DNA of 40,881 bases from Gemmatimonadales bacterium (GTDB lineage: Bacteria > Gemmatimonadota > Gemmatimonadetes > Gemmatimonadales > GWC2-71-9), in the NCBI GenBank assembly GCA_041615815.1, contig JBFJCP010000034.1, forward strand, positions 1 through 40,881, written 5' to 3'. The notes under the pieces are model-generated. The model was not told where the DNA came from, made no database searches, and worked only from the letters and a program-made list of their open reading frames with translations. The translations under genes and the position numbers were made by a program. Shown one piece after another: positions 9,012-18,064 of the stretch. Each line of letters opens with the position of its first letter. Positions within the stretch are counted from its first letter, which is position 1.

Positions 9012-9978
9012 CTTTCACAATCATTATTATCCTCCATCCTACCTGAGCGCCCTCGAATCCGAGGACGGTCCCGTGAGAGTCACGCGTGACGACGATGGGA
9101 ACCCGGTGCTGCACTCGCCCGGGGACGCCAATATCGCCGTGCGTGGACACCGGGACATCGAGTACCGACAGCAGGTGCTCGACGACGAAGGCGTCGACAT
9201 GCAGGTCCTCAGTTTCACGGCACCCGGTGTTCTGATGCATGCGCCGGAGCGCGCCATAGTCTATGCGCGGCTGGTCAACGATGCTCTCGCAACGATCCGC
9301 CGAAGCCGGGGAGATCGGTTCGCCGCCCTCGCTACACTGCCCCTCAACGACCCGCACGCGTCGCTTGTGGAACTGGAGCGCGCGATCATCGAGCTCGGCT
9401 TTCCGGGCGTCATGCTGTTTAGCAACATGAACGGCATGAGCCTGAGCGACCAAGCGTTCTGGCCGATCTACGAGAGGGCCAACGAGCTCGAGGCTGTCAT
9501 CTACATCCATCCAACGTATCCGGTGGGGGTCGAGGCGATGACAGAGTATTGGCTCATGCCGCTCGTGGGGTTCACGTTCGACACCACCCTCGCCGCCGCC
9601 GGCCTCGTGTTCAGCGGGGTAGTCGAACGGTTTTCAGGGATCAAATGGGTCTTGGCGCACCTAGGAGGGGCAATTCCGTATCTCGCGGAGCGGCTGGACC
9701 GTGGCTATCGGGCTTTCCAGGCCTGCCGTGCCAACATCTCCAAGCCACCCAGTGCCTATCTCGAGGAGTTGTATTACGACACGGTGAACTTCGACCCGGC
9801 AGCCCTCAAGCTAGCGCTCGAATTTGCCGGTGCCGACCGGTTGCTCGCCGGAAGCGATTACCCACACCAGATCGGAAGCGTGCGCTCGATGATCGAGAGC
9901 ATCCGCAGCTTGCCGATTGCGGACCAGGATAAAGAGAAGATCTACGGAGGGAATACGGCGCAGTTGCTCGGTATCTAG
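8998..9978 (+). CDS. amidohydrolase family 2 protein (ACMSD-like decarboxylase/hydrolase)
   Basis: IIDFHNH, YIHP, AHLGG and GSDYPH motifs; GTG start overlapping the 3' end of the permease. Confidence 0.9.
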   Translation: MRIIDFHNHYYPPSYLSALESEDGPVRVTRDDDGNPVLHSPGDANIAVRGHRDIEYRQQVLDDEGVDMQVLSFTAPGVLMHAPERAIVYARLVNDALATIRRSRGDRFAALATLPLNDPHASLVELERAIIELGFPGVMLFSNMNGMSLSDQAFWPIYERANELEAVIYIHPTYPVGVEAMTEYWLMPLVGFTFDTTLAAAGLVFSGVVERFSGIKWVLAHLGGAIPYLAERLDRGYRAFQACRANISKPPSAYLEELYYDTVNFDPAALKLALEFAGADRLLAGSDYPHQIGSVRSMIESIRSLPIADQDKEKIYGGNTAQLLGI

Positions 9979-10008
9979 TCTGAGGCAACGCCTCTGCCGC
10001 CCCCCATC

Positions 10009-10869
10009 CTATTTCATTCTGACAATCAAGTCCGCCAGCACCCCATAGTGATCGGACAGCGGCTGCGCTGGGTCGTTCAGGACGATCGAGGCTCGTTTCA
10101 CGTCGATTTCGTGCTTGGCCGACGGGCGATAGAAGATCGAGTCGAAATCCTGGCCCCCCTGTTCCTTGTTGGACCAGAACGCAGCCAGCGGATTCTTGTC
10201 GACATCGTACGTGATCTTGGTCATTGATCGGTCCCCGTCCACGACTTCCACCAGGCCGATCTTCCGCAAGAAGCGGTACTCAGGCTGGGATCGTTCCTCC
10301 ACGGGGCGCCCCTCTTCGTGCCATGCGTTGAAGTCACCCGCCACGATGACCGGCTTCTCTTCTGTCTCCGAGCCGAGGGTGCGTGAGAAGTGATGGAGCT
10401 GCATCGTTCGAACCGCGCGATCCCCCGCCTTTCCGCCAGCGTAGAGATGGACGTTCAGTACTTCGACCTTGCCAAACGGCGTCTCGATGATGGTGTGCAG
10501 CACGCCTTTTTCTCCTACACGCTCCGGAAATTTGGACTCTGCCGGCAGTGGATGCGCCACGAACTCGCTGTGGAGAATGGGAAACTTGGAGAGTGTTAGG
10601 AGCCCGCCCGTGCGATCGATGGGGAGTACACCCAATACCCAGCGCGCATCGAGTGCGTTGTCGTTCACGTCATAGCGGTCTCGCAGCTGTTGGACGATGG
10701 TGCGTCGGGACTGGGGATCGAACGCCTCCTGGATGGCCACGATGTCTGCATCGATGTCGCGAAGCGACGAGACGATCCGAGCAAGCCGTCGGCGCCTGTC
10801 CATCTTCGGTACCGGGAGCGGCAACAACCAGACGTTGAAGGTGAGAACGGTGAGACTGAATTGACTCAT
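10009..10869 (-). CDS. endonuclease/exonuclease/phosphatase family protein (sphingomyelinase-like)
   Basis: TFNVW, AIQEAF, NVHL, AGDFN and SDHYG motifs. Confidence 0.9.
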   Translation of the reverse strand: MSQFSLTVLTFNVWLLPLPVPKMDRRRRLARIVSSLRDIDADIVAIQEAFDPQSRRTIVQQLRDRYDVNDNALDARWVLGVLPIDRTGGLLTLSKFPILHSEFVAHPLPAESKFPERVGEKGVLHTIIETPFGKVEVLNVHLYAGGKAGDRAVRTMQLHHFSRTLGSETEEKPVIVAGDFNAWHEEGRPVEERSQPEYRFLRKIGLVEVVDGDRSMTKITYDVDKNPLAAFWSNKEQGGQDFDSIFYRPSAKHEIDVKRASIVLNDPAQPLSDHYGVLADLIVRMK

Positions 10870-10900
10870 GCTCTGCCTGTTCTTCCACTGGTGCCTCATC

Positions 10901-10968
10901 CGCCTCGCCGCCCCTGCCACCCGTCCCGCCCCTGCCGCCCGCCGTCTCGGCGGGTCTCTGCCGCCTCT
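10901..10968. repeat. degenerate 9-mer array (CCTGCCGCC-like)
   Basis: cctcgccgc ccctgccac ccgtcccgc ccctgccgc ... ctctgccgc, between the DDAH and EEP genes. Confidence 0.6.
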
Positions 10969-11779
10969 AAAACCTCAACGACATACACGTCAATCCTCCA
11001 TCCCTCTTCCGCATCTCACTCACGTCCAACTCGACGATGGGCATCCCCAACCGCTCGAGCTTCGTTCGGACACGCGGAAACTGTGTTGGCATGAGCAGTC
11101 GCTTGTTGACCGCGAGCACGTTGGCCGCGAATTCATCGTCCTCGTCGACCACGATCTGCCGAAAACCCGCGAAGATCTCGCTCCGCATGTCGCCGGCCCC
11201 GAGCCATTCTCCGCTGCCGAGCCCCCACTCGCCCCGTGCCATACCGCGAGTCATGAGAAGCGTATTGTCTCGCACCCAATTGACGTTCGATTTCAGATGC
11301 AGCCCGACATCCACCGGGACCAGGACGCACTGGTACCCAATCGGACCCAGAAGCGTCGCGAGCTGACGGGCTCCCTCTTGGTTGGTTCGCCGAGAGACGC
11401 CGATAAACACCCGCTTGCCCGCTACCAGCACGTCCCCACCGTCGAGCGTGCCCGGGTCTTCGATCCGTGCGATGCGTCGAAAGGCCGCAAGCACAGACTC
11501 CATGGCCTCCGTTTCCCCGCGCCGCTCCGGCGCTCCGGGCCGCGCGATGACCGCGAGTTCGGGCACTACCACCGCCACGTCTTCCACGAAGTACGCGTCC
11601 GGAAAGTCGGGCAGTGGTTCGAGTACCGTCACGTCCAACCCCGCCTCTTCGAGTGCTTGGACGTAACACGCATGCTGCTGGAGTGCCCGCGCGTAATCCG
11701 GCGCGCCCAACTCCCCGGTGGACAGTCCGTCACCGAGGTTCGGCCCCGGTCTCCGGACGATCGCCTTGAAAAAATTCAC
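10967..11779 (-). CDS. dimethylarginine dimethylaminohydrolase (DDAH) / amidinotransferase family
   Basis: FPDAYFVEDVA, RRGE, LDGGD, LHLKS and C-terminal GGLTCMSLRF, giving the Cys/His/acidic triad. Confidence 0.9.
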   Translation of the reverse strand: MNFFKAIVRRPGPNLGDGLSTGELGAPDYARALQQHACYVQALEEAGLDVTVLEPLPDFPDAYFVEDVAVVVPELAVIARPGAPERRGETEAMESVLAAFRRIARIEDPGTLDGGDVLVAGKRVFIGVSRRTNQEGARQLATLLGPIGYQCVLVPVDVGLHLKSNVNWVRDNTLLMTRGMARGEWGLGSGEWLGAGDMRSEIFAGFRQIVVDEDDEFAANVLAVNKRLLMPTQFPRVRTKLERLGMPIVELDVSEMRKRDGGLTCMSLRF

Positions 11780-11840
11780 GATGATACGAAGTCCATGTGG
11801 AGTCCTGTTTCGCCTGTCTCCCGTGTCCTACCGCACCAGC

Positions 11841-11908
11841 CCCCTGTCCCTGGCCCGTAGACCCTAATCCCTAGTCCCTAACCCCTCACCCCCTCCCCCC
11901 ACCCCCCT
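11841..11908 (-). repeat. heptamer tandem array (CCCTARY-like) spanning the APC gene stop
   Basis: cccctgt ccctggc ccgtaga ccctaat ccctagt ccctaac ccctcac; it encodes the Gly-rich tail GVGGGGEGLGTRD*. Confidence 0.8.
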
Positions 11909-13231
11909 CCGTCTTCTGAGCCACACATAGATCGGCAGGCCCGCCAGCATCAGCACGAATCCCAGATACACCGTTTCCTGTCCGGCGCCGATGACCGCCC
12001 ACATCGCGTAGGCGAACGCGCCCAACGTGATGAGCAGCGATCCGACGCTCGGTCGTGTTGCCGTCCCTGCCGACCCCGCCGCCGATCCAGCCAATACAAA
12101 CCGCCATTCTGCCATCGTCGCAAACACGAACGGCACCACGGCCGTCAGCGTCGCCAGGAGGATTGTCTTCGTAAAGAGCTCCACCAGCGTGCCGGTGTAA
12201 TTGAACAGCAACAGAATCGTGACGAACACGCTCGAGAGCAGCACTGCCACCGCAGGTGTACCGTCGGTCCTCGTACGTGCGAACAGGGCGGGGAACACAC
12301 CATCCTTGGCCATGGCCATGGGGATTTGACCCTGGACCAGAATCCACCCATTGAGCGCGCCGAAGCATGAAATGATGGCGCCCAGTCCCATGAGATAGAA
12401 GGCCCAACCGCCCCAGATCATGCGCCCGGCGTCCGCGAACGGGGCCGTGGAGCTGGCCAGCACCGTGTTCGGCACGATACCGATGACGGCGACCGTACTC
12501 AGGATGTACACGATCGCCGTCAACACCGTGCCCAACACGGTGGCTCGTGGAATGGTGCGCGTGGGATCCTTCACGTTCTCCGCGGGAATCGTCGCCGTCT
12601 CGAGTCCCAGAAACGCCCACAGGGTGAGCGCAACCGTGGCATTGATCGATCCCACTCGCGTCTGGCCCTCGCCCAAGGTCAGTGCAAACGAGTCCGCCTC
12701 GATATACAAGAGTCCAAGGATGCCGATGGCGAGGAGGGGGATCAGTTTCATGACCGTCGTGATCAGCTGCGCCACGCCCCCGTTTCTGACCCCACTCGCG
12801 TTGAGCAAGCTGAGCACCCAGATGGCGGCCAACGCCACCAACGCGGCCACGGTGGGGCTCTGTCCCAGGGCGGGCCAGAATACGGTGAGGTAGCTGACGA
12901 ACGCCACGGCGATGGCGGCGACGCTGGCGATGGTCGAGATCCAATACCCCCAAGCAATGAAGAACCCGGCGAAGTCGCCGAAGCCTGCCCGCGCGTAGGC
13001 GTAGGGTCCGCCCGCTCGCGGGATCCGCCTCGCCAAACGCGCGAACACCACGGCCAGCATCAACGCGCCCGCGGCCGTGATCAGCCACCCCACGATCCCG
13101 TATCCTCCATGCGGCGCGAGCGAGGCCGGCAGCAGGAAGATGCCGGATCCAATCATGTTGCCGATGACCAGCGACGTGGCCATCCAGAGGCCGAGTTGGC
13201 GAGCAGGGCGGTTGGTGGGACTGATGGTCAT
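11864..13231 (-). CDS. APC family basic amino acid/polyamine antiporter (AdiC/ArcD/PotE-like)
   Basis: GNMIGSGIFLLPASL, WGYW, LWAFLGLE and GALNGW motifs; ATG at 13231. Confidence 0.92.
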   Translation of the reverse strand: MTISPTNRPARQLGLWMATSLVIGNMIGSGIFLLPASLAPHGGYGIVGWLITAAGALMLAVVFARLARRIPRAGGPYAYARAGFGDFAGFFIAWGYWISTIASVAAIAVAFVSYLTVFWPALGQSPTVAALVALAAIWVLSLLNASGVRNGGVAQLITTVMKLIPLLAIGILGLLYIEADSFALTLGEGQTRVGSINATVALTLWAFLGLETATIPAENVKDPTRTIPRATVLGTVLTAIVYILSTVAVIGIVPNTVLASSTAPFADAGRMIWGGWAFYLMGLGAIISCFGALNGWILVQGQIPMAMAKDGVFPALFARTRTDGTPAVAVLLSSVFVTILLLFNYTGTLVELFTKTILLATLTAVVPFVFATMAEWRFVLAGSAAGSAGTATRPSVGSLLITLGAFAYAMWAVIGAGQETVYLGFVLMLAGLPIYVWLRRRRGVGGGGEGLGTRD

Positions 13232-13267
13232 GGCGCCATTCGAAATGGTGCAGGAAGCTATGGGACC

Positions 13268-13335
13268 GGCGGAAGAGGCGGAAGACGCAGACGAGGTGGG
13301 AACGTCCCGCGTTCCGGCCTTTCGACCTTCTCGCC
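13268..13335. repeat. 9-mer array with opposing pyrimidine-rich copies
   Basis: ggcggaaga ggcggaaga cgcagacga followed by ggcctttcg accttctcg cctttttcg. Confidence 0.55.
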
Positions 13336-13509
13336 TTTTTCGTCCGAACCTCCCCATCCCCCAGGTACACTCGCCATATTTATGGTGGTAACGGCCCCCG
13401 CTTGGGATCTATTCCTTCGTCTCGGCCGCCGCCGGCGCCACACGAACAGGAAACCGTGCAAAGGGCTGCCCCACTTGGAGCGGCCGAGAATCTCTCACAC
13501 GATCATCGA

Positions 13510-14214
13510 ATGTCCAGAGACTCTATCCCACCCACTCCCGAAGACCCCGAAGCCACCTTCGAAGTCATCGAGGATTCCCTGCGTGATCTCTGGAAGGTCG
13601 TGGATGACCTGTCTCGGATCCGGGCGCCGAAGAGTCCGTACTACCGCGTGACCATCTTCGGATCGTCTCGCATGCGGCCGGGTGACGCGCTCTACGACGA
13701 GGTACGGGATCTTGCGGCGCAGCTCGCTGGCATGGGATGCGACATCGTCACTGGAGGCGGGCCGGGACTCATGCAGGCCGCCAATGAAGGTGAGCGTATT
13801 GGGGATGTCGATGGACGGACCCGCTCGTTTGGGCTTCCCATCGAGCTACCGACAGAAGAGGCCGCGAACCCCTTCGTCGAGAAAATCTACGCTCACCGCA
13901 CGTTCTTCACTCGCCTCCACCATTTCGTGCGTCTGTCGAACTCGTTCATCGTCATGCGCGGCGGGATCGGCACGACCCTCGAAGCGCTCATGATATGGCA
14001 GCTGTGTCAGGTGCGCCACGTGCGGGATCGCCCGTTCGTGATGATCGGAGACATGTGGAAAGGACTCGTGGACTGGGCAGGCGCGCACATGGTCGATCAC
14101 GGCGGTCGTAAGCTGGCCAACCCCGAGGACATCCGGATCCCCGACTGCGTGGCGTCGATTGGGGAGGCGGTGGAGATCATCCGGAGCCACAAGGGAGTGT
14201 ATGATGAGGAGTAG
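13510..14214 (+). CDS. LOG family (type II-like) nucleotide 5'-monophosphate nucleosidase
   Basis: VTIFGSSR, TGGGPGLMQAAN and GGIGTTLE motifs. Confidence 0.88.
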   Translation: MSRDSIPPTPEDPEATFEVIEDSLRDLWKVVDDLSRIRAPKSPYYRVTIFGSSRMRPGDALYDEVRDLAAQLAGMGCDIVTGGGPGLMQAANEGERIGDVDGRTRSFGLPIELPTEEAANPFVEKIYAHRTFFTRLHHFVRLSNSFIVMRGGIGTTLEALMIWQLCQVRHVRDRPFVMIGDMWKGLVDWAGAHMVDHGGRKLANPEDIRIPDCVASIGEAVEIIRSHKGVYDEE

Positions 14215-14311
14215 CGGACGCCGCTGAAACATGCAATGCTGAGTGGCGCGCGGGGTACCAAATGTCTCGCATCCTCAGAATCTCCCTCCACCGCTTCTGC
14301 TCCCTCGGCCC

Positions 14312-15715
14312 TTACAAATCGAATGCCTCTCCTCGCTCGGGAATCCGCACGTCGGAAGCTCCCTGTTCCCGGAGACCCTTCGCCAACGCTACCATACTCT
14401 CCTCTTCGCCGTGCACCAGAAAGATCCGTTTGACCTTGCCGGTCTCCTGCACCGCCTTGGCCCACCGAAGCAACCCGTTGCGGTCCGCGTGGGCGCTGTA
14501 CCCCTCGGCCTTCGTGACGGTGGCGCGGATCTCGTACTCGTCGCCGTAGATCCGGACCGGGTTCTTCCCATCGAGGATCTTGCGTCCCAACGTATGCTCC
14601 GCTTGGAAGCTCACGAACATGATCGTCGTGTTGTGATGGATGCCGTGATTCTTGAGATGGTGGAGGATCCGGCCACCCTCGCACATTCCCGATGCTGCAA
14701 TGATGACGGCGGGAGCGCGATACTCGTTGAGCTTCTTTGACTTCTCGACGGACCGAACGTACTGGAGACCATCGAAGCAGAGCGGATCGTCGTCTTCGTC
14801 GTTGGTCATGGTGTTCAGGTAATCGCGGTCGTAGCACTCGGGATGTAGACGGAACACCTCCGTGGCGCTCACGGCGAGTGGGCTGTCCACGAATACGTCG
14901 ATCTTGGGTGTGCCATCCTCGTTCCAGATCTCGTTCAGGCGATACACGATCTCCTGCGTCCGCCCCACGGCAAAGGCGGGGATCAAGAGTTTGCCGCCGC
15001 GACGCGCCACGTCACGCACGGTGTCGCGGAGCAGATCGATGGGGTTTCCCTGCGCCTCGTGCAGGCGATTCCCGTAGGTGCTCTCCATGATGACGTAGTC
15101 GGCGTTCTCCGCTGTCTGCGGGTCTCGCAAGATCGGCAGTCCCTTCCGGCCCACGTCACCGCTGAACAGGAGCCGCGTCTCACGGTTCTTTTCGGTGACG
15201 TCCACGATCACGATGGCCGATCCCAAGATGTGACCGGCATCCCGAAAGTGTACGGACACGCCCGGCACAGGATGGAACGGGTGATCGTATGGCACCGAAT
15301 GGAATCGGTCCAGCGTCTCGAGCGCGTCCTCCTTCGTGTACAGAGGCTCGAAGGGAGTCTGGCCTTTGCGGCGGCGCCGGCGATTGACGTATTTGACGTC
15401 TTGTTCCTGAATGTGTGCTGAATCCACGAGCATGTACGCGCAGAGATCTCGGGTCGCCGAGGTGGCGTAAATGCAACCCCGGAATCCGGCCCGGACCAGG
15501 GAAGGCAAATTGCCGGAATGGTCGATGTGCGCGTGAGAGAGGATGACGGCGTCGATCGTGGACGCGTCGAACGGCATCGAGCGATTCCGTTCGAACGCCT
15601 CTTTACGCCGGCCCTGATAGAGGCCGCAGTCGAGAAGGAGCCGCCGTCCGTGGGCCTCGACGAGATGCATCGAGCCGGTGACCGTTCGTGCCGCTCCCCA
15701 AAACTGGATTTTCAT
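14312..15715 (-). CDS. beta-CASP MBL-fold ribonuclease (YSH1/TTHA0252-like)
   Basis: GAARTVTGS, SHAHIDHSG, AGHILGS, MESTYG, FAVGRTQE, ASGMCEGGRI, SAHAD and VHGE motifs. Confidence 0.95.
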   Translation of the reverse strand: MKIQFWGAARTVTGSMHLVEAHGRRLLLDCGLYQGRRKEAFERNRSMPFDASTIDAVILSHAHIDHSGNLPSLVRAGFRGCIYATSATRDLCAYMLVDSAHIQEQDVKYVNRRRRRKGQTPFEPLYTKEDALETLDRFHSVPYDHPFHPVPGVSVHFRDAGHILGSAIVIVDVTEKNRETRLLFSGDVGRKGLPILRDPQTAENADYVIMESTYGNRLHEAQGNPIDLLRDTVRDVARRGGKLLIPAFAVGRTQEIVYRLNEIWNEDGTPKIDVFVDSPLAVSATEVFRLHPECYDRDYLNTMTNDEDDDPLCFDGLQYVRSVEKSKKLNEYRAPAVIIAASGMCEGGRILHHLKNHGIHHNTTIMFVSFQAEHTLGRKILDGKNPVRIYGDEYEIRATVTKAEGYSAHADRNGLLRWAKAVQETGKVKRIFLVHGEEESMVALAKGLREQGASDVRIPERGEAFDL

Positions 15716-15982
15716 GACAGCCCTTCGTATCGCACCATTTGTGTTGGATCCGCGTCGCGGTTTTGAAATCCGACATCGCAGCGTTGCGGGAGCGCCCGCA
15801 GGCGACGGTTTGTGGATCCGCCGTCCCATCAGCGGAGCACTATGAAAACGCCTCGGACCAGGATCAGCAACGGTACCACCGACACCATGAGACCACGGCG
15901 TCGTCATGCACCTCATGTGCACCACGGATCCTCACACCGATCGCCTCCCCCCATCCCGATCCCGAAAAGCGGCCGCAAGCAA

Positions 15983-16011
15983 AGAGCCCCGAGATATACT
16001 CTCGGGGCTCT
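15983..16011 (-). terminator. intrinsic terminator downstream of the beta-barrel gene
   Basis: Perfect 12-bp stem agagccccgaga/tctcggggctct with a 5-nt loop, followed by a short T-rich tail on the minus strand; 26 nt after the stop at 16038. Confidence 0.75.
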
Positions 16012-16037
16012 AGGACCACTGCTGACAGCCTCGGCCG

Positions 16038-16553
16038 TTAGCGGGTAAAGACTGAGAACCCGACTAGGCCGGAGAACTCGTTTCGGCTGTCGAACATCGA
16101 GTCGACGCCACCCTGAAACCGCAGGGCGATCTGCTTCGCCACGGGCCACGTGAGGCCCGCCGCCCCCAAGATGCCGAACTCGCCGTCACTCGCCTCGAAG
16201 TCCACGAAGCGGTATGACATTCCCGCCTTCAGGTACGGTCGTAGACTCCCCCGGTTCGACCCGAAGTGATACAGCCCGGCGATGTCCGTCCGCAGGAGCG
16301 TCAGGTCAGTGCTGTTCTCGAAGCTCGTGAAGTCGAAGCTCGTCGAGTTTTCGATCGACCAGTGCGGCGCTACATGAACGCCGAACCGGACGGATCCGAT
16401 CGGCACCGAGAAGCTGGTGATGTCCACGTCGGTCCCGTTGGCGCCTACTCGCACACCGGCGTCGGTGCCGAACTCGAGCGCCACCTGTCCCGTCACTGGC
16501 CGCGCCGCCAGGACGAGCACGGCAACGAGCATCAAACGCGTCATGGTCCTCAT
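16038..16553 (-). CDS. outer membrane beta-barrel protein (OmpA-TM-like)
   Basis: Signal peptide, alternating beta-strand pattern, RPYLKAG and C-terminal GFSVF; GGAGGGG RBS. Confidence 0.8.
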   Translation of the reverse strand: MRTMTRLMLVAVLVLAARPVTGQVALEFGTDAGVRVGANGTDVDITSFSVPIGSVRFGVHVAPHWSIENSTSFDFTSFENSTDLTLLRTDIAGLYHFGSNRGSLRPYLKAGMSYRFVDFEASDGEFGILGAAGLTWPVAKQIALRFQGGVDSMFDSRNEFSGLVGFSVFTR

Positions 16554-16702
16554 AAAGTCCCCTCCCAGGGTGAAGTGGTCCAAACGCGAAAGTGGAAGGG
16601 CCGCGTTTGTGCGGTCCCCTCCACCAGCGGGGAATGATACACCTGGCGAGTTCAGAGGTGCAGTGGGATCCCGCGGGCTTCGGCAACGCTTCGGGGGTGT
16701 AC

Positions 16703-16730
16703 TAAACCGAAACGGGTCGGGCCGCATCTA
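16703..16730 (+). promoter_or_regulatory. possible ECF-type promoter
   Basis: TAAACC-N16-CATCTA upstream of the ECF operon resembles AAC...CGTC-type ECF promoters; a weak pattern match. Confidence 0.3.
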
Positions 16731-16754
16731 CCCGGTGAGACCAGGAGCGACGGT

Positions 16755-17513
16755 ATGCAGCTCGTACTTCGGTTTTGGATCCGTGTAGCCCTGTGGACGG
16801 CCGGATTGGTGGTGGTATTCACCGCGATACCGCTGATCGCCGGTATGGGCCTCGGCAATGCGATCCCGCGCCTGGCGGTGTGGGGGGGTCTCGCGCTGGT
16901 CCTCGCCGCCTTTCCCGCAGGCATCGCTGTGGCGAAAGACGTTTTTCCCGAGACTGGCCGGCCGTCACTGGGTCCGTCGGTGGCGGTCAGCCTGGGGGCG
17001 CTCGCGCTTTCGCTGGCGGTCCTGGTCCTGGGGGGATGGGTGGGACCCACGTTGGTCAAGGAGTGGGCGGCGGATCTCCCTACCCACGAGCCCGCCATGA
17101 TGACGCTCCCCGAGCTTCGGGCCGAGGCGGCGAGTGCCGTTCGCCAGGCGGAAGCGGCGGGGGAGGGATATTCCGTGAGCCGCTGGCAGCGCGCCAATAC
17201 CCTCGTCTGGCAATACGTGCGACGCCTGGCGGGCGGGGCCCAGCCATTCCTCTTTGCCTGGCTGGGGGTGCTCACCGCGTTCTGGGCCCGATGGTCGCCG
17301 CGGCCCGAGATTGCGCAGGCCCAGTATTGGTTGATGGGGCTCTTCCTGGTAGTCTCGACGTACTTGGCCGGTGAGAACAGCTACGAACTGATCGCGCTGC
17401 AGGCCGCAGGGCCAGCCTTCTTCGCGGGCTGGTTCGTGCTGATGGTGCCGACGCTACTTGTGATTGGGTTGGGCTGGCCGGCCGTGGTCGCGCTCTGGCA
17501 GCGACGAGCCTGA
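16755..17513 (+). CDS. hypothetical multi-pass membrane protein
   Basis: About 6 TM segments and AGGAG RBS. The MMTLPELR...RRLA..PFLFAWLG region loosely recalls LptF/G-type permease helices. Confidence 0.8.
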   Translation: MQLVLRFWIRVALWTAGLVVVFTAIPLIAGMGLGNAIPRLAVWGGLALVLAAFPAGIAVAKDVFPETGRPSLGPSVAVSLGALALSLAVLVLGGWVGPTLVKEWAADLPTHEPAMMTLPELRAEAASAVRQAEAAGEGYSVSRWQRANTLVWQYVRRLAGGAQPFLFAWLGVLTAFWARWSPRPEIAQAQYWLMGLFLVVSTYLAGENSYELIALQAAGPAFFAGWFVLMVPTLLVIGLGWPAVVALWQRRA

Positions 17514-17524
17514 GGAGTCGAATC

Positions 17525-18064
17525 CTGATCGCACTCTCGAGCCAAGAGCTTGCGCAGTTTCACCAGGGAGATCCGGCGTTGTTTCGCCGAATCGTGGATG
17601 CGCATTCGCCGCGCTTGTTGGCGGCCGCGCGTCCCTTTGCAGCCGACGCGGACGAGGCGCACGATCTGGTGCAACGAACGTGGCACCGGGCGTATCAGCG
17701 CCGACGCGCCTACTCGGGGTCGGGTACGCTGCTCGGATGGCTCTATGCCGTGTGCCGCAACGAATGCCTGGGGGAAGCGCGCAGCCGAGAGACGCGTGAA
17801 CGATGGGAGCAACGCGCGGCCGCGGCTCGGGCAACCACGGATCCCCATCAGGAATTGGAGCGGATCGAACTCCACCGTTCGATCTGGCGCGCGCTCATGG
17901 AGCTTCCAGCGCGTGAGCGCGACGTGGTGATTCTCCGAATGCTCGAGCAACACAGCACGCGGGAAACCGCACGTCTCCTGGGATGCGCGGAAGGCACGGT
18001 CAAGGCCGCGCTCCACCATGCTCTCCAGAAACTCAAAGGTCCCATGGAGGTGTGGGTGCGATGA
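17525..18064 (+). CDS. ECF sigma-70 family RNA polymerase sigma factor
   Basis: Region 2 (AHDLVQRTW..GWLYAVCRN) and region 4 (ELPARERDVV..STRETARLLGCAEGTVKAALHHA). Probable CTG start at 17525, 7 nt after GAGGAG; the ORF-track start is TTG 17579. Confidence 0.9.
   Translation: MIALSSQELAQFHQGDPALFRRIVDAHSPRLLAAARPFAADADEAHDLVQRTWHRAYQRRRAYSGSGTLLGWLYAVCRNECLGEARSRETRERWEQRAAAARATTDPHQELERIELHRSIWRALMELPARERDVVILRMLEQHSTRETARLLGCAEGTVKAALHHALQKLKGPMEVWVR

Noticed and set aside
15829..15888. 19-aa hydrophobic minus-strand ORF MVSVVPLLILVRGVFIVLR
   Set aside because: No well-spaced RBS, and too short to support without conservation data.
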